The notes below the pieces were generated by a model that ran no database searches, was not told the DNA's origin, and saw nothing but the letters and a program-made list of their open reading frames with translations. The position numbers were made by a program, and so were the translations under genes. Below are positions 1-11,591 of a stretch of 64,000 nucleotides of DNA, piece by piece (position 1 is the stretch's first letter; each line of letters opens with the position of its first letter). This DNA comes from the human T2T-CHM13v2.0 reference genome, Homo sapiens. The stretch lies in assembly GCF_009914755.1 (NCBI RefSeq), contig NC_060926.1; one strand, written 5' to 3'.

Positions 1-3000
1 GTTTGAAGACTGCCTTGCAGAAATAAGGCATGCAGACAAGAATAGAGAAAAAAGAATGAAAGGGACTTCCTAAAAAGACTGAACCTGCAATTGATTGATT
101 GGAGTACCAGAAGGAGATGAGGAGAATGGAAATGAGCTGGAAAACACACCTCAAGATATTATCCAAGAGAACTTCCCTAACCTAGCAAGATAGGCCAACG
201 TGCAAATTCAGGAAATACAGAGAACACCATTAAGATACTCCATGAGAAGATCAGCCCCAAGACACATGATCGTCAGATTCTCCAAGGTCAAAAAGAAGGA
301 AAAACTGTTAAGGGCAGCCAGAGACAAAGGCCAGGTCACCTACAAAGGGAAGCCCATCAGACTAACAGCGGACCTGTCAGCAGAAACTCTATCAGCCAGA
401 AGAGACTGGGGGCCAATATTCAACATTCTTAAAGAAAAGAATTTTCTACCCAGAATTTCATATCCAGCCAAACTAAGCTTCATAAGTGAAGGAGAAATAA
501 AATCCTTTACAGACAAGCAAATGCTGAGGGATTTTGTTACCACCAGGCCTGCCCTGCAAGAGCTCCTGAAAGAAGTACTAAATATGTTAAGGAAAAACCA
601 GTACTAGCCACTGCAAAAACACACCAAAATATAAAGAGCAATGACACTATGAAGAAACTGCATCGACTAGTGTGTAAAATAACCAAATAGCATCATGATG
701 ACAGGATCAGATTCACACACAACAATACCAACCTTAAATGTAAATGGGGCAAATGCCCAAATTAAAAGACATAGACTGGCAAATTGGATAAAGAGTAAAG
801 ACCCATTGGTGTGCTGTATTCAGGAGACCCATCTTATGTGCAAAGACACACATAGGCTCAAAATAAAAAGATGGAGGAAAATTTACCAAGCAAATGGAAA
901 GCAAACAAAACAAAACAAACAAACAAAAAACAAAAAAGCAGGGTTGCAATCCTAGTCTCAGACAAAACAGACTTTAAACCAACAAAGATTAAAAAAGACA
1001 AAAAAGGGCATTACATAACGGTAAAGGGAACAATTCAACAAGAAGAGCTAACTATTCTAAATATATATACACCGGATACAGGAGCTCCCAGATTCATAAA
1101 ACGAGTTCTTAGAGACCTTCAAGGAGACTTAGACTCCCACACAATAATAGTGGGAGACTTTAACACCCCACTGTCAGTATTAGACAGATCAGTGAGACAG
1201 AAAATTAGGAAGGATATTCAGGACTTGAACTCAGCTCGGAACCAAGTGGACCTAGTAGACGTCTACAGAACTCTCCGCCCCAAATCAACAGAATATACAT
1301 TCTTTCAGTGCCACATGACACTTACTCCAAAATCGACCACATAATTGGAAGTGAAACACTCCTCAGCAAATGCAAAAGAACTGAAATCATAACAAACAGT
1401 CTCTCAGACCATAAAGCAATAAAATTAGAACTCAGGATTAAGGAAATGCACTCAAAACCACACAATTACATGGAAATTGAACAACCTGCTCCTGAAGGAC
1501 TTTGGGTAAATAAGGAAATTAAGGCAGAAATCAAGAAGTTCTTTGAAACCAATGAGAAAGAGACAATGTACCAGAATCATATACAAAAATCAACTCAAGA
1601 TTGATTAAAGACTAAAATGTAAAATCTAAATCTATAAAAACTCTGGGAGACAACCTAGGGAATATCATTCTGGACATAGGACCAGGTAAAGATTTCATGA
1701 CGAAGATGCCAAAAGCAGTTGCAACAAAACCAAAAATTGACCAATGGTCAATTAAACGAAAGAACTTCTGCACAGCAAAATAAACTCCCAGCCAGGCATG
1801 GTGGCTCATGGTTGTAATCCCAGCACTTTGGGAGGCCGAGGCAGGTGGATCACTTGAGGCCAGGAGTTCAAGACCAGTCTGAACCCCATCTCCACTTAAA
1901 AAAAAAAAAAAATTAACCGGTGTGTGGTGGCGTGCACCTGTAATCCCAGCTACTCAGGTGGCTGGGGCATGAGAATTACTTGAACCCAGGAGGTAGAGGT
2001 TGCAGTGAGTCAAGATCATGTCATTGCTCATAGCACTCCAGCCTGGGTGACAGAGCAAGTCTCTTATCTCAAAAAAACAAAAAAACAAAAAAACAAAAAA
2101 AAAAAGAAGAGAGAGAAAAAGAAAGAAACTATCAACAAACCAAACAGACAACCTACAGAATGGGAGAAAATATTTGCAAACTATGCATCTGACAAAGGTC
2201 TAATATCCAGAATCTATAAGGAACTTAAACCAAAAACTACCCAACCTTATTAAAAAGTGGGCAAAGAACATGAACAGACACTTTTCAAAAGAAACATACA
2301 CACAGCCAACAAGCATGTGAAAAAATGTCCAACATCACTAATCATTAATGAAATGCAAATCAAACTACAAGGAGATACGATCTCATACCACTCATAAAGG
2401 CTATTATTAAAAAGTTAAAAAATAACAGATGTTCATAGGGTTGCAGAGAAAAAGGAACATTGATATACTGCTGGTGGGAATGCAAATTAGTTCAGCCATG
2501 TGGAAAGCAGTGTAGTGATTTCTCAAAGGACTTTAAACAGAATTACAATTCTACCCAGCCATCCCATTATTGGATATACACCCAAAGGAATCCAAATTGT
2601 TCCATCATAAAGACACATGCATGCACTATTCACACAATAGCAAAGACGTGGAATCAACCCAGATGTCCATCAAAGGTGGACTGGGTTAAAAAAAATGTGA
2701 TACATATGCACCACGGAATACTAACACAGCCATAAAAAGACCAAGATCATATCTTTTGTAATAACGTGGATGGAGCTGGAGGCCATTATCCTAAATGAAC
2801 TAACATAGGAACAGAAAACCAAATACTGCATATTCTCACTTATAAGTGGGAGCTAAACATTGAATATATGTGGACACAAAGAAGGGAACAATAGATACTT
2901 GGGCCTGCTTGAGGGTGGAGGGTGGGAGGAGCATGAGGATCAAAAAACTACCTATTGGGTACTATGCTTATTACCTGGGTGATGAAATAATCTGTACACC

Positions 3001-3050
3001 AAATCCCCATGACATGCAATTTACCTATATAATAAACCTGAAAAAAAAAG
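1..3050 (+). mobile_element. Older primate L1 (L1PA/L1PB-type): ORF1 3' part, ORF2 endonuclease region, ~2 kb internal gap, ORF2 end and 3' UTR; interrupted by an Alu; inactive
   Basis: ORF 200-607 is ORF1p C-terminal (YKGKPIRLTADLSAETL, YPAKLSF); 695-1600 is frameshifted ORF2 EN (LNVNG, IQETHL, GDFNTPLS, SDH); L1 3' UTR and A tail at about 3040-3049. Confidence 0.93.
1790..2120 (+). mobile_element. Alu (S/J-type) inserted in L1
   Basis: GCCAGGCATGGTGGCTCA start, A-rich linker, mixed A tail; L1 sequence resumes at AAACTATCAAC. Confidence 0.93.
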
Positions 3051-3568
3051 TTGAGAAAGTTTGAGAACTGCTGCCTAAACAATTCATTTAAACACTGAAT
3101 TGATTAAGAGTAACATTTTCCTTTGTATCTTTTGTTTTTCTCTTTTCTTTTTCTAAACATGCTTTCCCCTTGTAATTAGTTTTTAAGTGCTTAAGTAATT
3201 CCTGCATCCCAGGATTTCCATGGACAAACTTATGATACTTTATTTTTGTCTCTTTATTTTTTCCTTTTAAAGAGTCTGGTGATTTTTTTTTTCTTTTTTG
3301 TTACCCTAGTATGCCCTCTATTTTCCCTATGATGTATTTAATCATTAACCTTCCAAATATGTGTCTGTATATGTATACATTTATGTACACATATATATTC
3401 ATGCACAAATATAGATACAATGATGCCCTGTTAAAATAAATAATTGGGAGGCCATTAGGCTGAGATGGCTCCACTGTCTCGGGTTTCTATACGGCCAAAC
3501 TGAAACCTAACTCAGTGTGAACAGCCATATTGCAGGAAAACAAAGCTTAAGCTTAACCAGTCAGAAAC

Positions 3569-4274
3569 TGTTGAGCTGGAATTTTTTCCTTGACCTTGTG
3601 GGAGGGAACTGGAGTAGCACATTTCATTCAGCCTGCCACTGGCCACTCCTCATGAGAGGGAGCATGTGAGCAAGAAGAGTGCAGGAACCAAAGTGAACTA
3701 ATGCTGGAACTGGCCGGTTGCTCCTCTCTGGCGGGAGCCGGCTCTGTGCAGGGCCCTGTAGGAGTGTCCCAGCCCTTGTCCTCTTGGCATTTGGGTTCTT
3801 GTCCAGTGTCTAGGAAGAATCGTCACACGAATGAATTGAAGGTTGGCGTATGCAGAGGATTTTATTGTGTGATGGAAGTGGAAGTGGCTGTCAGCAGAAT
3901 GGGGAGTTGGAAAGGGGATGGTGCGAGAAGAAGATCTTTGCCTGAAGCTGCACTGTCTGAAGTTAGCCACATCTGTCTGTAGTCTTAGATGCTCAGTTGC
4001 TTCTCTGCTCAGCCATTTGTATCCCTGATGCTCAGCTGCTTGTATCCTCAATGCCCAGCTTCTTGTGTCCCTGACGCTCAGCTGCTTGTATCTCTGACGC
4101 TCAGCTGCTTGTATTGCTCTGCCAGTTAAAGTTTTTTTATGGGCACAGGATAGGGGTGTGGCAGGCCAAAAAGGCAACATTCAGGTAGAAAAATGGGTCA
4201 GCTGTTTTCACTTAGGGCTGTAGTTCCAGGCTTAATGGTGGGGTTTAACTGAGAGCCCAGCCATTCTGTTATCA
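3569..4274 (-). mobile_element. Nested ERV1 LTR (LTR27/LTR28/MER52-like)
   Basis: TG...CA termini; minus strand begins TGATAACAGAATGGCTGGGCTC...AAACCCCACC...CCTAAGTGAAAACAGCTGACCC; minus-strand AATAAA at about 3860. Confidence 0.72.
4008..4119. repeat. 23-bp tandem repeat, about 5 copies (CTCAGCTGCTTGTATCCCTGAYG)
   Basis: Units begin at 4008, 4031, 4054, 4077 and 4100. Confidence 0.88.
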
Positions 4275-4665
4275 CTGCCAACTCACCTCTAACTAGGAAC
4301 TTTATGGCTACTGCTCTACTTTAACCAATCAAATATTTTCTTTGTCTTGTTCCTCAAATACTTTATAAAGCATCTCCCCTCCCCCTGCCTCAGTGGAGCC
4401 CAGACCCAGCTGTGGTTTGGCACTACCCGATTCATGAATCACTATCTGCTCAAATCAACTCTTTAAAATTTTAATGTGCCTAGGTTTATCTTTTAACAAT
4501 ACACACGTGTACATACAACACATATATGATTTTTTTTTAAAAAAATTCAGAAATGAAGTGATACTGGTTCCTCCACTAACTTATCTCCTGGATAGGACAC
4601 TTACTCCAGTATGGTAGATGGCAAGCTGTCTTTAATCTTTAGCTTATTAGATAAAATACTTCACA

Positions 4666-5060
4666 AGTTAAAAGAAAACTTTAGACAAGTTAAATTTTAC
4701 AGAGTTTAACTGAGCAAAAAATGATTCTCGAATCAGGCAGCCCCCAGAACCAGAATAGATTCAGTGTGATTTTAGGCCTGCCGCATGGTAGGATAACAAG
4801 GAAAATGATGTCCAGAAAATGGAAGTGAGGTACAGAAATAGCTGGAACGGTTACAGCTTGATGTTTGCCTTATTTGAACCTGGTTTGAACCTGGTTTGAG
4901 CAGCTGGCTGCCTGTAATTGGCTGAAACTTGGCTATTTCTTACAAGAGTAAGTGACCGTTTTCACATCAAGTTACCTTGCATTTCTCTACATATGAAGAA
5001 ACCTTTAGGCCAAACTTAAACTATGTAAAGAGACAGCTTTAGGCCAAACTTCACTTAACA
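4666..5060 (-). mobile_element. MER57-family ERV1 solo LTR
   Basis: Minus strand begins TGTTAAGTGAAGTTTGGCCTAAAGCTG; 4-bp TSD CACA at 4662-4665 and 5061-5064. Confidence 0.8.
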
Positions 5061-5558
5061 CACATCATGTTTTTTTTGCATTAATTTTCATCACGTAGCC
5101 TTTTAAAGATATTTTTAGCCTTCATTCTATTTGGACTGGAATGCGAACCGTGTGTGCGTGTGTGGCTTTTTGAGCTTTTCAACCTTCGTCTTCCTGTTTC
5201 TTCTGCCTTTTTTCCACTGAAACTCAAAAACTGTGAAACGTGATTTCCCTTTCTAACACACCTTAGTGCTGTTCAATACTTATAGTCAGGAAGTCCTGTC
5301 TGGTCTCCATAAACTCTTGGTTAGTCATAGTCAAACCAGGGAGAGAAGGACTGCACCAAGTGGTGAGACATTCAAGTGATGAGGAAAAGAAAAGAAAAGA
5401 AAAAAAAAAGAACACGAAGGGGAACAAAAAAGGAGAAAAGGAGGAAAGGCAGGGAACATATGAATGAGACAAAATTGGGAAGAAAAGGGGGTTGAAATGA
5501 GAATCCTCTGAAAGCCAAGTTGACTCAGCCCTTTCAAGAACTCTTAACTCCTCCTGCC

Positions 5559-6200
5559 CGTTAAAGGTGTGTGAACCAGAGCAACTCCATCTTGAATAGG
5601 AGCTGGGCAAAATGAGGCTGAGACCTACTGGGCTGCATTCCCAGATGGTTAGGGCATTCTAAGTCAGCGGATGAGATAGGAGGTTGGCACGAAATACAGG
5701 TCATAAAGACCTTGCTGATAAAACAGTTTGCAGTAAAGAAGCCAGCTAAAACTTACCACCAAAACCAAGATGGCCAGGAGAGTGACCTCTGGTCGTCCTC
5801 ACTGCTACACTCCCACAAGCACCATGACAGTTTACAAATGCCAGGGCAACATCAGGAAGTTATCCTATATGGTCTTAAAAGGGGAGACATGAATAATCCA
5901 CCCCTTGTTTAGCAGATAATCAAGAAATAACCACAAAAATGGGCAACCAGCAGCCCTCAGGGCTGCCCAGCCAATGGAGCAACCATTCTTTTATTCCTTT
6001 ACTTTCCTAATAAACTTGCTTTCACTTTACTTTATGGACTTGCCCTGAATTCTTTCTTGTGTGAGATTCAAGAACTCTCGCTTGGGGTCTGGATCAGAAC
6101 CCCTTTCCTGTAACATTTTTCTGGTGACCACGAAAGGACTCTAGCAAGGAAACCCCTGACCCAAAGGCTAACTTTGGGTAAGTGGTGGGGTCCAGTAACA
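5559..6200 (+). mobile_element. MER41A-type LTR plus 85 bp of PBS-containing downstream sequence
   Basis: GAACCAGAGCAACTCCATCTTGAATAGG start, AATAAA at 6008, LTR end TGTAACA at 6115, then TGGTGACCACGAAAGGAC (PBS-like) and a second GTAACA end at 6200. Confidence 0.85.
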
Positions 6201-6648
6201 CCCCCACCATTGTCAACTGTCTTATGTTAATTCAGAATTTAGGTCAATTTAGTACTTAGCTACTTTGCGATTGCTGGAGTATAGCTCTTGTGAGGTGTTC
6301 TTGTGCACTGTGACACAAGAATCTGGTCATGCTTTTATGAATTTTGTGTGGAGCTTTCCATGAGTGAGAGTGTCCATAAATGTAATCTGAAAAGAACCCA
6401 GGACTGAGGCCCTAATGGCTGCTCTGGTTCAATTTTCAGCAACTCATATCCTCTTCTGCAGATTTTAATTCTGGGCCAAGACTCTTATTCTGCTATAGTG
6501 GAGTGTCTCTGTGCTAATTCAGGGTTGGGGCTCATTACATGATACCCCAAAGTATGGTACTTTGGAATGCTGAGTACTTTGAACTGAAGAAAATTGGAAA
6601 GGCCTCAGAAGCAAGGTCTTTCTGAACTTCTCCTGTCCTGTTTTCCAC

Positions 6649-7364
6649 TGTAAGCAGTAGAAGTTATTACAGTTACTGGCAGCAAATTGCAGCAACCTCG
6701 ATTCTTGTCTCCTCAGAAGATGTCGACTGAGGGGCATAAGGCAAAAGAAGAGACTGAGGCAAGTTTTAAAGCAGGAGTGAAAATTTCTTAAAAAGCTTTA
6801 GAGCAAGAACGAAAGGAAGGAAAGTACACTGAGAAGAGGCCCAAGTGGGTGACTTGAAGGACAAGTGCAAGGTTTGACCTTTTGACTTGGGTTTTTATGT
6901 GTTGGCATACTTCTGGGGTCTTGCATCCCTTCTACCCTGATTCTTCCCTTGGGGTGGGTTGTCGAAATGCACAGTAGCCTGCTAGCGCTGGGGAGGGGAG
7001 CAAGTGCAGTGTATTTATTGAAGTTGTAAGCATGCTCACCTGAGGCGTTCTTCCCTTTTTCAGTAGAATGCCCCCAGAAGGTCATATATCAGTTAAATTC
7101 CACCATTTTGCCTCTTAGTGTGCATGCGTGAGCCCGCTCGCCCAACTCCTGAGATCTCATCAGGAAGCTCCTGATCATCAGTTTCAGGGTTTTTCTATCT
7201 ATAGGGAAACTGCCTTTCCCTGGCGCTGGCTATGAGCAATTATTATTTTAGAGAGGCGGTGTGACCACTGTCTGACCATCACCTGATGATCTTCTGACAT
7301 TCCTGGTGGAGCGTGGGGGCCCTATCCTGCCCTGTTCGTGTCTGACTAGCTACCCACTGTAACA
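6649..7364 (-). mobile_element. MER50-like ERV1 solo LTR (nested)
   Basis: TGTAA...TAACA termini; minus strand begins TGTTACAGTGGGTAGCTAGTCAGAC; near-TSD CCAC/TCAC. Confidence 0.75.
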
Positions 7365-7495
7365 TCACCACTCTTCGCAGTGAGTCATGGAAACCAGAAT
7401 TCCTCTTTCCCAACGCAGGTCATAGAAACTAGAATTCTCCTTCCTCCAAGCAAGTCGTAAAACCTAGAAAGGTTATTTTCTGCCTTCTCCCTTGA

Positions 7496-7951
<456 letters not shown>

Positions 7952-8229
7952 CTCTAATCACATTTCTACACAGCGATCCCTTCTTCATATAACCTAAGCA
8001 TAAAAATAGTTTCCTCTAGGTCTCATGGTCTGCATTTTTGGACTCTCATGTCATGTAAAACTTTGATTAGACTTGTTAGGCTTTTTGTGTGTGTTATAGG
8101 AGTGTCAGCTGTGACCCTTAAAATGGGTAAAGAAAGGTTTCACACCTTTCCACTCCTACACCAGTCAGAGTTTACTACATAATTTTGGAACTGAGTGATT
8201 TCAGATGTGTTTAATTCAGCTTCATCTTG

Positions 8230-8430
8230 GCTTCACCACATTCTGCCCTGTGTATGCGACTCAGTAACCACTCTGCACCTCAATTTTTTCAAATAAGGTT
8301 TGAAAAAGAAGGTTATAATATTTACCTCAATAGGGTATTGTGAAAATTACAGAAGTTATGATTTACATAAATCTAAAACACTTTGAATCATGCACATAGT
8401 AAATGTTTAAAGGTGTTCACTATTATTATG
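8230..8430 (+). mobile_element. Degenerate MIR
   Basis: CTCTGCACCTCAATTTTTTC...TTACCTCAATAGGGTATTGTGAAAATTA core similarity. Confidence 0.55.
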
Positions 8431-8481
8431 ATTGACTTAGATTAAACCTATTTTAAATATTAACTGTTCCTCTACGCTATC

Positions 8482-8915
8482 AGACCTCCAAGTGTGGTGT
8501 GGGGATTCATGGGGGTGGGAATTTTCTGGAGACCCTTTTCAGGAGTCCATGAGGCCAAAATTATTTTCTTAATACTACTATGAGGTTGCCTTTTTCATTC
8601 ACATTCTCTCAAGATGTAGTAGTTTTTTAAGAGCTACCTGAGAAGTGCTAACGTTAGCAACAGAAGCAGCTAGAGAATCCAGTTCTCACATGAAATCAGA
8701 CATTAGAGACTTTTCTTACTAGATTTAAAAAAAATTACTTGTCATAAAAATGTTGTTTGTTAGCTGGTAACGCATTAGTAATTTTAAATCAATATTTTAA
8801 AACTTTAATTCTAATATAGTAAGTATTGATATAACTGACAGAAACAAAAGCTCCCTGGGCTCTTTAACAATCTTTAAGACCGTAAAGGGATCTTGAGGTC
8901 AAATTTGAGAACCAA
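8482..8915 (+). mobile_element. hAT-Charlie non-autonomous DNA transposon remnant
   Basis: CAAGTGTGGT start and GGATCTTGAG...TTTGAGAACCA end resemble the element at 43364-43882 in the opposite orientation. Confidence 0.6.
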
Positions 8916-9149
8916 AGCTGTGATGCAACCTCTTTTTGAACAAACGTGGATGCCTCACCACCACAATTTCATCTTTTCTAGCCTCCATGACTTTTTCTTG
9001 TTTCCTCTGGCTGGGCTGAATTTCTTCATTTCTGCCTGCCAAAAGCCCTACCCCTCCTTCAAGAGCATCTATAACTGGTTATCCTTGAATTTGGTCCAGA
9101 TTTCGCTGCCTCCTTGGCACCCTCTTCCACGATGCTGGGCCCTCCAGGG

Positions 9150-9910
9150 CCGGGCCTCCCTCGGACACGTGCCCTCGTTAGCCTTGGAATATGCACACTC
9201 TGTTTTGACGGAGACTCTCTTGCGAGCCTGGTCTAGATTTCTCCCCTCACCAGCCAGGCACAGGCACCAATGGGAGGTGCCTGGGCTCCACAGGCCCGTC
9301 GGGGCCAGAGGGTCGCCGGTAGCGTCAACCAAGTGCACGACAGCCCACGGGTGGCTAGGCGCGTGGGAAGAGCCGGAGCCCGACCCCCGCCCACCGGGTT
9401 TCCTGGCAGCGCACTGCCGCGTAGGGGCGGAGCCGCGCGCCTACACAGGGTGTGGCCTCCAGCCCGCGCGGGAAAGGGCCTGCGCCGCATGCGCGCGCAC
9501 AGTCGGCGGCCGCGCGCAGCACGCTCAAGGCCGGGATGGCGGCGGCGGCGGCGGCAGGAAGCGGGACGCCCCGAGAGGAGGAGGGACCTGCTGGGGAGGC
9601 AGCGGCCTCGCAGCCCCAGGCCCCAACGAGTGTGCCTGGGGCTCGTCTCTCGAGGTTGCCTCTGGCGCGAGTGAAGGCCTTGGTGAAGGCAGATCCCGAC
9701 GTGACGCTAGCGGGACAGGAAGCCATCTTCATTCTGGCACGAGCCGCGGTGCGCCTGCAGCGCGAGGGCATGCGGGAGTGGGGGAGGTGGAGTGTGGGGC
9801 GGGGCCTCGGGGCCTCCCGCGGGCGGGGCTTAGGGCGGCGTGGCCCGGGTTTTGAGATGTGGGCGTGGACCCGGAAGGCGGAGGAAAGGGGCCGGGGACC
9901 TGTGCGAGTT
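9150..9910. promoter_or_regulatory. CpG island / TATA-less POLE4 promoter
   Basis: Very GC- and CpG-rich; GC box GGGGCGGAG at 9424-9432, E2F-type GCGGGAAA at 9468-9475, NRF1-like CGCATGCGCG at 9486-9495; consistent with a housekeeping replication gene. Confidence 0.9.
9536..9748 (+). CDS. POLE4: POLE4 coding exon 1 (71 codons, MAAAAAAGSG...IFILARAA)
   Basis: ATG at 9536 in GGGATGG context; translation MAAAAAAGSGTPREEEGPAGEAAASQPQAPTSVPGARLSRLPLARVKALVKADPDVTLAGQEAIFILARAA matches the recalled POLE4 N-terminus and the NF-YC-like histone-fold motif LPLARVK; donor GTGCGC at 9749. Confidence 0.97.
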
Positions 9911-10196
9911 TTGTTAACACTCCTCCCTCTTGTTGAGGACCTGGATAGTGAGTGACTTTAATTTGTATCTCCAGGGCCTCGTACAGAACTTGTAGGAGTC
10001 TTTAGTGAATGAGGGAGAATACTGGGAAGAGGGTAGCGGAATGGATCTTCATGAAGTCCAGGACAGTCTTAGCTTCCAGAACATTTTCTTGCCCCGAGCC
10101 TTTCTTCTCCCTTTCTGCCCCCACCCACAAACCGGAGCCCTCACCTCCTCAGTGTGTTAGAACCCATTACTAAAACTTTGCTTTTTTACTTCACAG

Positions 10197-10281
10197 GAAC
10201 TGTTTGTGGAGACCATTGCAAAAGATGCCTACTGTTGCGCTCAGCAGGGAAAAAGGAAAACCCTTCAGAGGAGAGACTTGG
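10197..10281 (+). CDS. POLE4: POLE4 coding exon 2 (85 nt, ELFVETIAKDAYCCAQQGKRKTLQRRDL)
   Basis: Polypyrimidine tract plus CACAG acceptor ending at 10196; in frame with exon 1; RKTL histone-fold motif; donor GTAGAG at 10282. Confidence 0.97.
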
Positions 10282-10960
10282 GTAGAGTGGCACTGCAGTG
10301 TCTGGGGACAGACAAGGGAGGGCTGGGCTGGTTTCCCCTTGTGCAGGTTGAGAAGACGTCACTCTGATCTGAGAGGTGCCACAGCGTCTCTCCCCAGGAT
10401 GGTTTCTGTTGGCCACAGTGCCAGGAAGCCCTACCTGTAGAGGCTGTCTGCTTGGGGTGGCGGGGCAGTGTGTGAAGGTGTCTGGGGTTGCCGTAGCGGA
10501 CTGGATCCCTTCATACCTTCTGCCAAATTGCACCAGAAAAAGATATTTCTTTTTCACCTAGCAACTGGGGATTTGATTTCTGACTCTTGTCTGGCTGGTA
10601 ACCCTCACCTGGGTAAGATTTCGTATACCGTATTCTCATGCGCCCTGCGTCTATTGCCACGTTCTTCTCTGACAACTTTAAGAGCAAAGCGAATAAATAA
10701 TTTAGGGGTAATTTAGGAGGCCCCCAACCCCCGCGTTGAATGGTATTTGCCTATGCTTTTCTTAACTCTTCTAGGGAGACAGCTAATATATATAAGAGTT
10801 GCTGGTAGAGTAGATATGGATCTCAAGGCAGCAAGGGACGCATCTTATAAATGCCCTCATTTGCCCAAAGCCTCATGCCCTTCACTGCAGATTGTGCTGT
10901 TTTCTGACTGAGGTCAGCATGGCTGAAGTTAGTCAGGTGTCTCTTTTCCTTGTGTTTCAG

Positions 10961-11002
10961 ATAATGCAATAGAAGCTGTGGATGAATTTGCTTTTCTGGA
11001 AG
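10961..11002 (+). CDS. POLE4: POLE4 coding exon 3 (42 nt, DNAIEAVDEFAFLE)
   Basis: Acceptor TTTCAG ending at 10960; phase 1 matches exon 2; strong donor AG/GTGAGT at 11003. Confidence 0.97.
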
Positions 11003-11591
11003 GTGAGTTCCCTCTCAGTGGGCAATCATTTCCGCCTGTCTTTTGCATGTTGATGTGAAATTCAAAATCTCATAAAACGGATGCCTGCTTCTTGTTTGTG
11101 TAGGGATAATTCTCCGCACTTGCTATTAGGATAGAAAAAAGTAACTTGCTAAACCTAGTGAGGTTCAGTTTTCTCCCTTGGGGAATTAAAATTTCTACCT
11201 GAAAATTGCTAACCATAAAGAAATAGGAGGGAATATAAAGATCCCAGTGGAGTTAGATGAATTCGAAAGTTCGATTCCTACTTTGATCGCCATCCCTAAA
11301 TATCAGGCTTGCCCCCCCTCATCATGTTACAGATCAGAAACAATTGTTAACATTTAAAGGGTCACCGCTTGTTCTTTTTTCTTCAACAATCTGTGTGAAG
11401 TGATTATTTTGCTGCAATAAGACTTGTACTTGTCTGTATTTTTAGGAGTCATGGATTAACTTGTGTACTAACTAAATTTTGTCATTAAAAAAGAAAATAT
11501 TTGAAATACCTAATTTTAGCTTCCTAGCCTCAGAGCGATTTCTGCTACTTAATTCTTCAGTCTGATCAGCTTACTCTTCACTACACGTATG

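Larger units (their letters stand above)
3429..4498 (+). mobile_element. ERV1 (MER4-group) solo LTR split by a second LTR
   Basis: Inverted termini TGTTAAAA...TTTTAACA; host motif AACCAGTCAGAAAC|CTGCCAACTCACC is interrupted at 3569-4274. Confidence 0.75.

Noticed and set aside
4008-4119. Regularly spaced short repeats, superficially CRISPR-like
   Set aside because: Head-to-tail tandem units with no unique spacers, inside an LTR in mammalian DNA, with no cas genes
9452-9535. In-frame GTG-initiated 28-aa N-terminal extension of POLE4
   Set aside because: Lies over core promoter motifs, probably upstream of the transcription start; ATG 9536 has a strong context and gives the known length
8893-9855. 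320-aa ORF and other overlapping ORFs on both strands across the promoter
   Set aside because: Non-ATG start, low-complexity G/A/R/P composition; stop-codon scarcity is expected in a CpG island
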